From Squalus acanthias (taxonomy: Eukaryota), in assembly GCA_030390025.1 (NCBI GenBank), contig CM059432.1, forward strand, positions 36,830,001 to 36,894,000: a stretch of DNA of 64,000 nucleotides, in the 5' to 3' direction. Every line of letters begins with the position of its first letter. Position 1 is the stretch's first letter. Below the pieces are notes generated by a model. That model was not told where the DNA came from, made no database searches, and worked only from the letters and a program-made list of their open reading frames with translations. This document shows positions 1 to 12,557 of the stretch, in pieces. The position numbers were made by a program, and so were the translations under genes.

Positions 1-1348
1 ACTATGCAGCATTTTATTTCTCACTTGTATTATTAGTCATAACTCATACTGTCCTTCTGGAAAACAGCTAAGGTATCTTTACATTACCTCTCCTCCTCAG
101 AAACCATCATACTGAAGCTGCATAACATGGGGCTGGAAGTACAACTGAACATATCACTGGAACAAACCATCATCAATTAGGACAGACGAGTGTCAAAACT
201 CGCAAGACTGCGTCAAAGCAGGTCAAATCATAATTAGACTGTCTTACTGCATGAAATCTGTGTGGCTTCTGATCCTTCCCAGACTTCTTAATCAGATTTA
301 CTATTTCCTCGGTCCTGTTGCCTTTTTTCCCCTCAAACCTGAGCTGGATTATAAGGCTTCACAATTCCAGGAGTTTGATAACACAGTCCATTTTGTTTGA
401 AATGGCGTGATTCTTAGTCTGCACCAGTTCTTTAAAAAAAGCATTTACATAATCAACAATTTGTTAACTGTTGTTTTTTTGGGGACTATTTTCTTTATAC
501 AGGATGTGCTGATCACCAGTTGAAGAAAAAAAAAGATGTTTTGAGTTAGGAAGAATTATGGAAGTTCTTCCTACCAAGTTGAACCTGGCGCAGTTGCGAG
601 CCTGAAAGACCCACAAACGTTACAGGTCAAATCTCTGAATTGTGCCAAGTTCGCCAATCTCAGCCACAAAACTTTCCTCACTGCCTCCAGCAGGGGGAGG
701 TTTAAAAGAAACTCCTACAGAATTCCCACACTGACTCCTACTGGAAAGTGTTCACCTGTGACTATCAGGTGGGGAAAGAATCGGGCTTGATTATGGTGGG
801 CCCTATTGTTAAACAGTCCCCCATCTATCATTGTCTAAGCTGACCCTTAAAAGCAAGGTATGGGGAACCATACATCAGCATGCATCACTGCCTTCAGGGG
901 AGGAAGGGAGTAAAAGAGAGGGGCAACAACAAATCGATTAATATATTAAAAATCATACACCTACGTGCTTTTCGTCAACTTCTTCTATAATAAACTTCTA
1001 TGTCCACATTTATAATGAAAACTGCCTGTTAACTTGTTGCATTGTATTTACACTCTCCTGCCACTGGTGGTGTGGGAGAATCATCACTGGCAGGAGGATG
1101 CAATTACAGTGCGACAAGTTTACATGGGCAGTTTCCATTATAAATGTGTACACATAGGAAATGATAATGGAAATATAAAAATAAAGATAGAAAGCGTGAC
1201 ATGTATGATCGATTAGCACTTTATAAAGTTGAAGTAACAAGCATGGCGGATTGCCCTATGTACCCCTTTAAATCTAGTTTGGTGAGGTATTGATAATTAC
1301 AAAGAAGCAGACCACGGAATGTCCAAACACTGCACTCATTTGGCTACT

Positions 1349-1790
1349 GTGTCAACCAGTGGCTCAGTTGGTAGCACCCTCGCCTCTGAGTCAGAAGGTT
1401 ATGGGCTCAAGTCCCAATCCAGAGACTTAAGCACAAAAATCTAGACTGAGACTCCAGTGCAGTGCTGAAGGAGTGCTGCACTGTCGGAGGTGCCATCTTT
1501 CGGATGAGACGTTAAACTGAGGCCCCGTCTGCTCTCAGGTGAACATAAAAGATGCCATGGCACTATTTTTGAAAAAGAGCAGGGGAGTTATCCCCAGTGT
1601 CCTCAATCAACATCACTAAAACAGATTATGTGGTCATTATCACATTGCTTTTGTGGGAACTTGCTGTGCGCAAATTAGCTGCCGCGTTTACAACAGTGAC
1701 TACACTTCAAAAAGTATTTCATTGGCTGTAAAGTGCTTTGGGATGTCCGGTGGTTATGAAAGGCGCTATATAAATCCAAGTCTTTCTTTC
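1349..1790 (+). mobile_element. DeuSINE (SacSINE1/AmnSINE1-like), near full-length
   Basis: tRNA-like head (TGGCTCAGTTGGTAG A-box, GGCTCAAGTCCC B-box), Deu-type core (tgctgtgcgcaaatt.gctgcc) and L2-type tail aaggcgctatataaat; many homologous copies in the window. Confidence 0.85.
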
Positions 1791-2514
1791 TAGCAATGAC
1801 ACGAGGAAATACAGGGTCAATACAGTGCATTGTCCCTGCACAGAATTCATACGCCACAATAAAGACTGAAAGTCTCTGTCACATCCTGAATTTTTATGTT
1901 CTATAAGTCAAACTTGTGTAAATCTTTTCAGTAGCAGCCACTCATTTTTTTTTTTTTTAAAAAGGGTTCAAGTCCATTTCTGAAGCAGATGATACGGCGA
2001 TTAGAAAACAAACTAGAATTATGAGTAAAGAGAACGACAAGAAAAAGATGACAAAATGCCTGGCAGTCAATTATGAGGCGCTGATTCAATCAGCGGCTTA
2101 CCAACACCATGACAACAGCTGATTGAATCACAGCTGGACATTCATGATTCATTTTTTCATACATTAAACTCTACAAGAGAAGAGCGCGACAGTTACAGCA
2201 CGACACAGCTGAAAAGGCATTTATGACAAGTAACATGAAAAGTTAAGCTTTACGAAAATATATACCATCATGTTCCACCTCACTGCATTGTGCCAAGACT
2301 CAAAGGTTCTTTATTTATGCACTCGTCAGCCGACAATTTTCCGGTCTATTAAAATGAATTGGGGGTGGGAAAGAGAAGAAATCATGGGTTGGTGAACTGC
2401 AAGTAGAAAACCCTGGCCAAAGAAAGCAGAATACAACACTTGCCAAGTCAGTCACTAAAAAAAACAGCTCCTGTGCATGGGCTATGGTTGGAACCGTCAC
2501 TCATTCGTTGGCCT

Positions 2515-3105
2515 TACTAGCCATCTTCATTCTAGAGAAATGCAAAGTGCTTCACATGGGGACATATAATCCAGGAAGGAACTATTACTTAAACAGAATG
2601 AAAATAATATGCATGGAAAATGAGAGATATCCAGGGGTTCTGATTGACAATAAACTGAAGCTATTGCAACAATGCTCAGTGGCAGTGAGTAAAGCAAATC
2701 AGATGTTGACATGTATTAAAAGGTGAATTAAAAAAATGTATTAGCTGAGCCTAAATATTGAGGTAATCTGCCACTTTAAATCATTGGTGCGACCGCACTT
2801 AGAATACTGTGCATAGTTTAGGTTGCTGCAGTACGCAAAGGAGAGTGCTGCTCTTGAAAAGATACAAAAGAGAACCACCAAAATGATTGAGGGAATGGAG
2901 TGATTGGATTATGAGGAGCAATTATATAAATTGGGCACATTCTCACTGGAAATGAGGAGGTTGAGAGGTGAACAATTATATTTTTAGGAGTCAAAAGGGA
3001 CGAGATAATGTAGACCACAATAAGCTGTTCCATCTTGTCCAGAACAGTAGAACCAAAGGACACTGCCAGCACTTGAAGGGGGGTAAATTCAAAACTAATC
3101 TGCAG
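2515..3105 (+). mobile_element. Old CR1 LINE ORF2 3' fragment
   Basis: Degenerate EKCKVLHMG, KANQMLTCIKR and LVRPHLEYC motifs. Confidence 0.75.
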
Positions 3106-3124
3106 GGTGACGTCCCCTGCTTTT

Positions 3125-3304
3125 CTCCAAAATAGTGTCATGGGATCTTTTACATCCGAGGGGGCAGACAGGGCTTCGGATTAATGTCTTATGCGAAGGA
3201 TGGCATCTCCCTCAGTATTGTACTGGAGTGTTAGCCAAGCTTTTGTGCTCAAGTCTCTGGAGTGGGACTCCAGGTGAATGCTACCATTGAGCCACAGCTG
3301 ACAC
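3125..3304 (-). mobile_element. DeuSINE 5' part
   Basis: Reverse-complement homology to 1349-1570. Confidence 0.75.
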
Positions 3305-3591
3305 TGGGAGTTTCCTCTGCTTATGTCTGGGTCTGTTGTAGACTAATTGAGAGAGATTGATTGCCAGCTTCATTATCATTGTATCATGCGACTACCAGGA
3401 TGGTAGAAAGTGAACTCGATGGACCTTAGTCTTTATTTGTCTAGCAAATCCTATGTTCCTATGAGTATGTTGGGGAAAGAATGGAACAAATTTGGTTGTG
3501 ATGCCTGTGTAGTGAGCCTACCAAGATTCACATGAGTAGTGGGCAGTTCAGCAAGGTCCTATTTCTCACCAAAACCTCGTAAGTGGTTAAG

Positions 3592-3998
3592 TGTCAGGTT
3601 GGGTCAGTTGGTAGCACCCATACCTCAGAGTCTCAAAGTTGAGAATTTCAGCCCTACTCCAGGAATTGTGCATTAAATGTAGGTTGGCACTGCTCTGCAC
3701 CAGTGAGGGAGTGCTGCATCATCACTGCTCTTTGGTTGAGACATTAAACCAAGACCCGGTCTGCCTGTTTCAGTGGTGTAGGTAAACATTCAAGATCTCA
3801 TGGTACTATTTGAAGAGCCAACATTCCTCCCTCAAACAACATCACCAAAAACACAGATTAAGTGGTCATTCAGCTCATTCCTGTTTGCTGTATGCCTACA
3901 TAACAGCGAGTGCACTTCAAAGTAACTAACTGCACATGAAGTGCTTTAAGCTGTTTGAGATGTGACAAGGTGCCATATAAATGTACATTGCTTTCTTA
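3592..3998 (+). mobile_element. Old DeuSINE
   Basis: Diverged head, core and tail homologous to 1349-1790. Confidence 0.7.
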
Positions 3999-4011
3999 TT
4001 TCAGCCTTCAT

Positions 4012-4230
4012 GGAGTCCTGTCCCCAAGTTCAATTCTCAGTCTATGGTAATTGAACGGAATTCAACCAGGGTGGCAGTTGTGATGTTATAAATGGCCTCA
4101 AAATCCCTGGGTTAGGGAGGCTAAATTATCTAGAGTAACCACTCCTGATCGATATCCAGTGACTCCTGCTGGAAAGTGATTGTGTGGCCTTCAGGCGAGA
4201 ACAGGATCTTACTTGGCTCATCTGTGAATG
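4012..4230 (+). mobile_element. Old unnamed SINE-like repeat
   Basis: Shares tggcctca..ccctggg / tatccagtgac / gaggacaggat blocks with 4655-4860, 14100-14430, 18960-19265, 60690-61020 and 61345-61700. Confidence 0.55.
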
Positions 4231-5102
4231 GAACCCGAGTACTTTCAGAACAGTGCTCAAAATCCTCAAATCCAAAAGGTTTTTTGAAAGAGAACTAGTT
4301 CATCTGGTACCTATTTTAACTGGTCCAAGCCTAAAATATACTTGATCAGAATGGATGGTGAACAATAATATTCTGCTACTTTCCAACCACTCCCTTTCCG
4401 AGATGGTGCCCTAACTTCTAATTCTAACTTCGAGTGTGGAATATGTGTCGTTATTTTTTTTCAAATTGTACTACAGTACATGCGTGTGACAGCTCAAAAA
4501 TTAACTAATTTACATCAGAGATGGTTTCATTCACCAGCAGATTGGGGTGGAAATGACGTATGGGTTGCTCTAAATTGATTACTCTAATGTGGCAGTTTCC
4601 TTCCATGCCGCACATAAATGAAACGACGAATTTGTGGGTAAATGGTAGAGTCGTACAAGCCAAAAGGTGCCAGCTTCAATTCCCAATCTGTGCTGAGTTA
4701 AGTGATCACAACCAGGGAAGCAATTGGGGTGCTACAATTGAACTGAGTGTCCTTAGGCTACAGAGCTCGAAAGCACAATTGTGTGGATGCTGAACAACAG
4801 AGGCTAGAATTTACCTGCAATGATGGAGCCCATTGACTTGGATTGTATAGGTTCCCACTTTAAAAATGGGTCACTTTGGGGCATTGCATGTGAAACTGTA
4901 CCTCAGCAAGTATTGGCACCTCCAGAAAAGGAGCAGAGAAAACTGGAAAGACAGAGATTGGGAAAATGTTCACGAGCGCATTCAGCATTTTCCCTTCAGG
5001 CCTCTGAACCTGTTCTGGAATGACGCTGGGAGTGGTAGGGAGGATAATTAGAATGAGGTGAACTGCACCCATCTGCTTTTAGGAATTTCAGGACAGATCT
5101 TT

Positions 5103-5352
5103 AGAAGTAAAGGAGCTGGGGAGTTCTCCCTTATGTCCTGACCAATATTTATCTCTCACCCAAAATTACTAAAACAGATTATCTGATCATTATCGCATTT
5201 CTGTTTGTGGGACTTTGCTGCGCACAAACTGGCTGCCGCGTTTCCTACATTTCAACAGTGACTACACTTCAGAAGTATGTAATTGCCTGTAAAGCGCTTA
5301 GGGACGTCCTGAGCTTGTGAAAGGCGCTATATAAATGCAAATCTTTTCTTTT
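5103..5352 (+). mobile_element. DeuSINE 3' half
   Basis: Deu core plus aaggcgctatataaatgcaa tail. Confidence 0.8.
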
Positions 5353-5618
5353 CAACACATAAATTAATTATAATAGGAGATTGGCTTTTTCCAAAGAAAA
5401 ATGTATATTCCAAAATTTTCATCTGTAACTCAATGCAAGATTCGTTCTTCCTTACATCAAACGCATGAAAAGTAAATTTACTGTTTGTCTTGCAAAACAA
5501 AAAGAGCCTGCAATTAGGGAAATATTAGAAACTTGGAAGATATATTTGGTCTACATCTTCCATAAAAGAGAAGTCCACCAGTGTGAGAACAGCATCTTGT
5601 CAAAAAAATTAATAATAA

Positions 5619-6072
5619 AGAACTTGCATTTATTTATTGCCTTTCACAACCTCAGGATGCCTCAAATGCTTCACAGCCAGTAAATTACCTTGTGAAGTAT
5701 AATCACTGTTGTAATGTAGGAAAATGTGGCAGCCAATTTACACTCAACAAGGTCTCAAACAACTATGAGGTGAAGGACCAGATAATCTGTTTTAGTGATG
5801 TTTTGAGAGAGATAAATGTTGACCAGGGCACCAGGAGAACTCATCTGCTCTTCTCACAATAGTGCCATAAGATCTTTTACATCCACCTGATGGCAGATGG
5901 AACCTTACTTTAATGTCGCATTCAAAAGACGACACCTTCAACTGTGCAGCATTCCCCAAGTACTGCACCTAAAAGTCAGCTTAAATTATGCGCTCAAGTT
6001 TCTGGAGTAGGGCTTGAACCCACAACCTTCTGACCAGAGATGAGTGTGCTATCACTGAGCCGAAACTGACAT
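5619..6072 (-). mobile_element. DeuSINE full-length
   Basis: Reverse-complement homology over head, core and tail. Confidence 0.8.
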
Positions 6073-7289
6073 CGAAGGGTGCTTGAACTAAGAAAGCATG
6101 CTGACATTCCAATCCATTTTCCACCCCAGGCAGTCATAGTCAACAAGCTGCTCATGCAACATTAAACTCAAGCACATACAGCCTTGGCAACACATCAATG
6201 CAGAAGTGAGATATTAATGCAATAAAAGTCCATGTAAACTGACTGAACCTGGTATGTCACATTTTGAGAATTTTCTTATTTGTTCTTTGAAAATAAAAAT
6301 GGGAGAGAAATAAAAAAAACTCATGGGCATTCAATAAAAAAAATTATTTCCACTTCCATCTGCTTTCAGAAAAGAAGCGGATGATGAAACTGCATGCTTC
6401 TGCTATCAGATCAGTGGGTGAGTCACGAATGAATACAACTGCACCAACCCTTTCCATCACTTATTAGGTGTACTGCTTCCATTAAACTAAGCTGCTTGGC
6501 CTAGATACTATCCTTAATCCAGTCTAACCAGGTTTGCTCTCTTACATCTAATTCCTTGTACAACTGTCATTTCTATAGTGCTCATTATTTAGACATGTTT
6601 GAGTTTGCTTTACAGCATGGTACATTACCAGTGAATAACGAACCAAGGAGTAGAATTGTTCAGGATTCATAACAGAATGAGAGTCTTGGCTAATTTGTTA
6701 CTCATTCCACTTACATGTCTGAACCATCTGAGTTAGCTTACCAATTTGTTTTGCTCCGCTCATTTCATTCAGTGACATTTCTAAAAGCCTAGAACGTATC
6801 TCAGGTTAAGTTATTTGTGCCAGTGACAATCGTGGTTCATCTTCTACCTTAAAGCATCATGTTTCACTCCTAACAGGCTATACCAAAAGTTTTACATAAT
6901 CGGAGCAAGTTGAACAACACACTTGAATGGAATGATTTCAGAAGATGGGAGGTGCAGGGATGAAATCAAATGTACCACAACATGAACAGCTGCCAATTAC
7001 TGCAAGCTGAAGGGGATATGGAAAGTGAGGAGCATCAATTTGTAAAACAAACCGATACTGCATCCCTTTTTGAATGACCGTGTGGTGGGACAGAAGAGGA
7101 AGACGACTACAGGTGGAGAAAGGAGGAGAATTATAAAAGGATTGGTAACATTAATCAGCATAGGTCGTTTGGGTGTGCTGTGTGTGCCTGTTCAGTTTTA
7201 CCTAACTTGGTGTGACCCTCTCCCAGTGCCTTTATGAAATCAAGAATCCATCATTCATAAAGGAGAGAGTGGAGGAACAGCGCGGACCT

Positions 7290-7375
7290 AATCGGAAGCG
7301 GCTGAACTTTTCCCGATTTCCAAAAATACCAAGGTGTGACGTCACAGGCCAGCAGGTAAGATTGGTTGGTGAGTA
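7290..7375 (+). promoter_or_regulatory. Putative internal promoter of the CR1 5'UTR with two splice-donor consensus sites
   Basis: CGGAAG (ETS-like), palindrome TGTGACGTCACA (CRE core 7337-7344), ATTGG box, CAG|GTAAGA and TTG|GTGAGT. Confidence 0.45.
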
Positions 7376-7480
7376 TTAAGGTTTTTTTTCTCTAAACTAA
7401 GACAGTGGTTTATACGAGGAGCGGGAAACTATAACATACTGTATTACATTTACAGCTTAACTAGTTCAACTAATAGAAGT

Positions 7481-9648
7481 ATAGCAGGGCAGCTCAGTCC
7501 CGTGATTTTCACATGCTGTGCCATGTGGGAAGTCCTGGACGCTTCTTGCTGCCTGGACGACCATGTATGCAGGAAGTGTCGTCAGCTACAGCAACTCGAG
7601 CTCCGGGTTTCGGAGCTTGAGCGGCAGCTGGAGTCACTACATTGCATCCGCGAGGCTGAGAAATACTTGGAAAGTACATTTCTAGACGTGGTCACCCCGC
7701 AGCCTCAGAATGTGCAGGCAGAGAAGGAATGGGTGACCATCAGACAGAGAAGGAGGACCAGGCAGGTAGGGCAGGAATCCCCAGAGTGCATCTCGCTCAC
7801 TAACCGGTTCACAGTTCTGGAAACTGGTGGGGGTGAGGTTGATGGTTCCTCTGGGGAGAGCAGCCAAGGCCACGGCACCACAGGTGGCTCAGCTGCACGG
7901 GGGGGGGGGGGCGGGGAGAAGAAGAGCAATAGTGATAGCGGATTCATTCGTTAGGGGAACAGATAGACGTTTCTGTGGATGCAGGCGGGACTCCAGGATG
8001 GTATGTTGCCTCCCTGGTGCCAGGGTCGAGGATGTCACTGAGCGGCTGCAGGACACGGAGGAAGGGTGAACAACCAGAGGTCGTTGTCCATATCAACAAC
8101 AACAACTTGTATTTATATAGCGCCTTTAACGTAGTCAAACATCCCAAGGCGCTGCACAGGAGTATTTTAAGACAAAAAATGACACCGATCCACAAAGATA
8201 AATTAGGGCAGGTGACCAAAAGCTTGGTCAAAGAGGTAGGTTTTAAGGAGCGTCTTAAAGGAGGAAAGAGAGGTAGCGAGGTGGACAGGTTTAGGCAGGG
8301 AATTCCAGAGCTTAGGGCCTAGACAACAGAAGGCACGGCCACCTAAGGTTGAGCGATTATAATCAGGGATCCTCAAGAGGGCAGAACCAGAGGAGCACAG
8401 ATATCTTGGGGGGTTGTGGGGGCTGAAGGAGATTGCAGAGATAGGAAGGGGCGAGGCCATGGAGGGATTTGAAAACAAGGATGAGAATTTTGAAATCAAG
8501 GCGCTGCTTAACCAGGAGCCAATATAGGTCAGCAAGCACAGGGGTGATGGGTGAACGGGACTTGGTGCAAGTTAGGACTCGGGCAGCCGAGTTTTGGATG
8601 ACCTCAAGTTTACATAGGGTGGAATGTGGGAGGCCAGCCAGGAGTGCACTGAAATAGACAAGTCCAGAGGTAACAAAGGCATGGATGAGGGTTTCAGCAG
8701 CGGATGAGCTGAGGCAAGGGCGGAGACGGGCGATGTTACGGAGGTGGAAGTAGGTGGTCTTTGTTATGCTGCGGATATGTAGTCGGAAGCTCATTTCAGG
8801 GTCAAATATGACACCAAGGTTGCGAACAGTGTGGTTCAACCTCAGACAGATGTTCGGGAGAGCGATGGAGTCAGTGGCTAGGGAACGGAGTTTGTGGCGG
8901 GGACCGAAAACAATGGCTTTGGTTTTCCCAATATTTAATTGGAGAACATTTTTGTTCATTCAGAACTGTATGTCGGACAAGCAGTCTGACAAATTGGACA
9001 CCGTGGAGGGGTCGAGAGAATAAGTAGTGAGGTAGAGCTGGGTGTCGTCAGCGTACATGTGGAAACTGACGCTGTGTTTTCGGATGATGTCGTCAAGGGG
9101 CAACATGTAGATGAGAAATAGGAGGGGGCCAAGGATAGATCCTTGGGGGACACCAGAGGGAACGATGCGGGAGCGGGAAGAGAAGCGGTTGCAGGTGATT
9201 CTCTGGTTATGATTAGATAGATAAGAATGGAACCAGGTGAGTGCAGTCCCACCCAGCTGGACGACAGTGGAGAGGCATTGGAGAAGGATGGAGTGGTCAA
9301 CCATGTCAAAGGCTGGTACCAACGACATAGGCAGAAAGAGGGATGAGGTCCTGCAGGCAGACTATAGGGAGCTAGGAAAGAGATTAAAAAGCAGGATCTC
9401 AAAAGGTAGGAATCTCCGGATTACTCCCAGTGCCATGTGCTAGTGAGTACAGGAATAGGAGGATAAAACAGATGAATGCATGGCTGGAAAGATGGTGCAG
9501 GAGGGAGGACTTTAAATTCCTGAGGCATTGGCACCGTTTCTGGGGAAGGTGGGACCTGTACAAGCCGGACAGGTTACACCTCAACGGAGCCGGGACCAAT
9601 ATTGTCGCGGGGAGGTTTGCTAGTGCTGTTGGGGAGGGTTTAAACTAG
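7481..9648 (+). pseudogene. CR1 ORF1p (zinc finger/leucine zipper + SGNH esterase); frameshifted and split by L2 at 8095-9314
   Basis: CCAMWEV..HVCRKC, LQQLELRVSELERQLESL, NRFTVL, IVIADSFVRG, CLPGARV, EVVVHI | GTNDIG, LHLNGAG, GEGLN*. Confidence 0.88.
8095..9314 (-). mobile_element. L2 LINE, 5'-truncated, inserted into CR1 ORF1
   Basis: AFDMVDH, GVPQGSILGPLLF, YADDTQLY, LQLNIGKT, FHLRNIARLRP, GGRAF..GPKLWNSLP; (GTT)n tail at 8095-8106. Confidence 0.93.
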
Positions 9649-9812
9649 CTTGGCAGGGGGATGGGCACCAGCATATAGGAGTAGAAAGAGGAATAAAGTG
9701 CATAAAAGAGTGATTGTGTTGGATAGTACTAGAGAAGAAATTAGTATTAGAGGTGGAAACAGTACCATATATTAGATAGGACCAGACTAAAAGACTACAA
9801 AAAAATTCAAAA

Positions 9813-12557
9813 ATGGGTTTAGAATGCAGGTGCGTAAACGCACAAAGTGTGGTGAATAAGGTTGGTGAGCTACAAACACAATTAGCCGTGTGGCAATATG
9901 ATGTTGCGACAATAACGGAAACGTGGCTTAAAAACGGTGAGGACTGGGCACTTAATATTCAAGGGTACAAGGTGTTCAGAAAAGATAGGGAAAGAAAAAA
10001 GGGAGGTGGGGTCGCAGTGTTGATTAAGGGAGACATTGTAGTATTGGAAAGGGAGGATGTTCTTGAGGGGACAAGGACAGAATCCATTTGGTTAGAGTTG
10101 AGGAGCATAAAGGGTATGATCACATTATTGGGGATATTCTATAGGCCTCCAAATAGTGAGAGGGAGGTAGAGGAGCAAATCTGCAGGGAAATCACAGAGA
10201 TATGCAAGAGCTATAGAGTGGTGATACTGGGGGACTTTAATTACCCAAAAATCAACTGGGATAATGCTGGGGTAAAGGGAAAGGAGGGGGGAGGAATTTC
10301 TGAAATGTGTTCAGGAAAGTTTCCTTGACCAGCATGTTCTTGACCCAACTAGGAAGGAGGCATTGCTGTATCTGGTGCTGGGGAATGAGGTGGGCCAGGT
10401 CAACCAAGTGTCTGTGGGAGAACACTTGGGTACGAGTGATCATCGTATCATAAGATTTAGATTAGCAATGGAGAGGAGCAAGGAACAATCTAGAGTGGAA
10501 CTGCTAAACTGGAATAGGGCTAACTTCAATGGGATGCGAAAGGATCTAGCCAGGGTAAAATGGAACCAAAGATTGACAAGAAAAACTAACGGAACAATGG
10601 GTGATTTTTAAGGAGGAGATGTTCCAAGTACAGGCTAGGTACATTCCAACAAGAAGGAAGGGTAAGGGAAGGGCTCCTTGGATGATGAGGGAGATAGAGA
10701 AGATGATGAAACAAAAAAGTGTGTATGATGCATGTCAGGTGAATTCTTCAAAGGGAGAACCAGACCAAGTAGAATAAGGTGAGAGGGGAAGTGAAGATGA
10801 AAATAAGATTGGCAAAAAGAATGTGAAAGTAGAATGGCGGTTAACATAAAAGAGAACCCAAAAATCTTCTACCAGCGTGTAAACAGTAAGCTGGTAGTAA
10901 GAGACAGGGAGGAGCCTATTAGGGACAAAAGGTGATATTATGCTTAGAGGCGCAGGGCAAAGCTAGAATAGTACTTTGTATCGGTGTTTACTAAGGAAGT
11001 GGATGCTAACAAAATATCGGTAGAAGTGGAAAAGGTAGAAGCAATGGAAGAGGTGAAAACTGATAGACAGGATGTACTAGAAAGGGTGGGTATGCTTAGA
11101 GTGGATAAGTCGCTTGCATCCCAGGTTGCTAAGGGAATTGGGGGAGGAGATAGCGGAAGCGCTTGCCATAATTTTCCAATCTTCCCTGGATGAGGGGGAG
11201 GTGCCTGAGGATTGGTAGGTGGCAAATGTGACACCATTGTTCAAGAAAGGGTGCAAGGACAATCCTAGTAACTAACCACAAGCCGGTCAGTTTATCAGTG
11301 GTGGGTAAAGTTTTAGAAACAATAATCAAGAAAAAAATTAACGGGCACTTGGAGAGGTTTAAGCTAATTAAGGAGAGCCAACACAGATTTGTTACAGGCA
11401 GATCATGTTTGACTAATCTAATTGAATTTTTTGACGAAGTAACAGGGAGGATCGATGAAGGGAATGCAATGGATGTTGTCTGCATGGATTTTAGGAAGGC
11501 GTTTGACAAAGTACCACATAGAAGGCTGGTTAACAAAATTGAGGCTCATGGAATAGGTGGGTCAGTGGCAGCTTGGATAAGGAATTGGCTTAAGGATAGA
11601 AAACAGCGAGTTGTGGTAAATGGCTGTTTTTCAGACTGGAGGATGGTAGACAGTGGTGTTCCCCAAGGGTCAATGATATATATATATATTTATTTATGTA
11701 TTTATTTATTTATTTATATATATTTAAAAAATGACCTGCATATTGGAATATAGAGTAGAATTTCTAAATTTGCTGATGACACCAAACTTGGGGGTGTGGC
11801 AAACAGTGAGGATGATACTAATCGACTGCAGCAGGACATAGAAAGGCTAGCAGAATGGGCAGACAAGTGGCAGATGGAATTTAATACAGAGAAGTGTGAG
11901 GTGATGCATTTTGGCAGAAAGAACAGGGAGAGGCAATATACACTTAATGGCACAGTTTTAAAGAGTGTGCAGGGACAGAGGGACCTGGGAGTTAATGTGC
12001 ATAGGTCCTTGAAGGTGGCAGGACATATTGAGAGAGTGGTTAACAAAGCATATGGGATCTTGGGCTTCAGAAATAGAGGTATTGAGTACAAAAGTAGAGA
12101 AGTTATGCTGCACCTTTATAAAGCGCTGGTTTGGCCACAACTGGAGTATTGCGTCCAGTTCTGGTCAGCACGCTTCAGGAAGAATGTGAAGGCTCTTGAG
12201 GGGGTGCAGAGGAGATTTACCAGAATCGTTCCGGGGATGGGGGATCTTAGCTACAAGGACACGTTGGAGAAGCTGGATTTGTTTTCATTAGAGCAAAGGA
12301 GGTTGAGCGGGGATTTGATAGAGGTGTACAAGATTATGACGGGTTTGGACAGGCTAGACAGGGAAAGGCTGTTCCCACTGGTTGATGGTACAAGGACTGG
12401 GGCACACAAATTTAAGGTTTTGGGTAAGAGATGCAGGGGGGATGTGAGGAAAAACTTTTTACGCAGTGAGTGGCGAGGACCTGGAACTCGCTGCCGACGG
12501 AAGTGGTGGAAGCGGAGACACTCAATGTTTTCAAGGGGAGACTGGATAGGCACTTGA
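9813..12557 (+). pseudogene. CR1 ORF2p (APE endonuclease + reverse transcriptase) with multiple stops and frameshifts
   Basis: ITETWL, GGGVA, YRPPN, GDFNYP, SDH; DFRKAFDKVPH, GVPQGS, KFADDTKLG, EYCVQFWS. Confidence 0.92.
11676..11725 (+). repeat. (AT)n/(ATTT)n microsatellite inside the CR1 RT
   Basis: atatatatatatttatttatgtatttatttatttattt replaces the VLGPLLFL-coding segment present at 43574-43600. Confidence 0.85.

Noticed and set aside
248..429. Minus-strand coding exon ending at GTAAGA
   Set aside because: Stops in all three frames from the strong acceptor; the alternative acceptor is weak and the peptide is unrecognised (could still be UTR)
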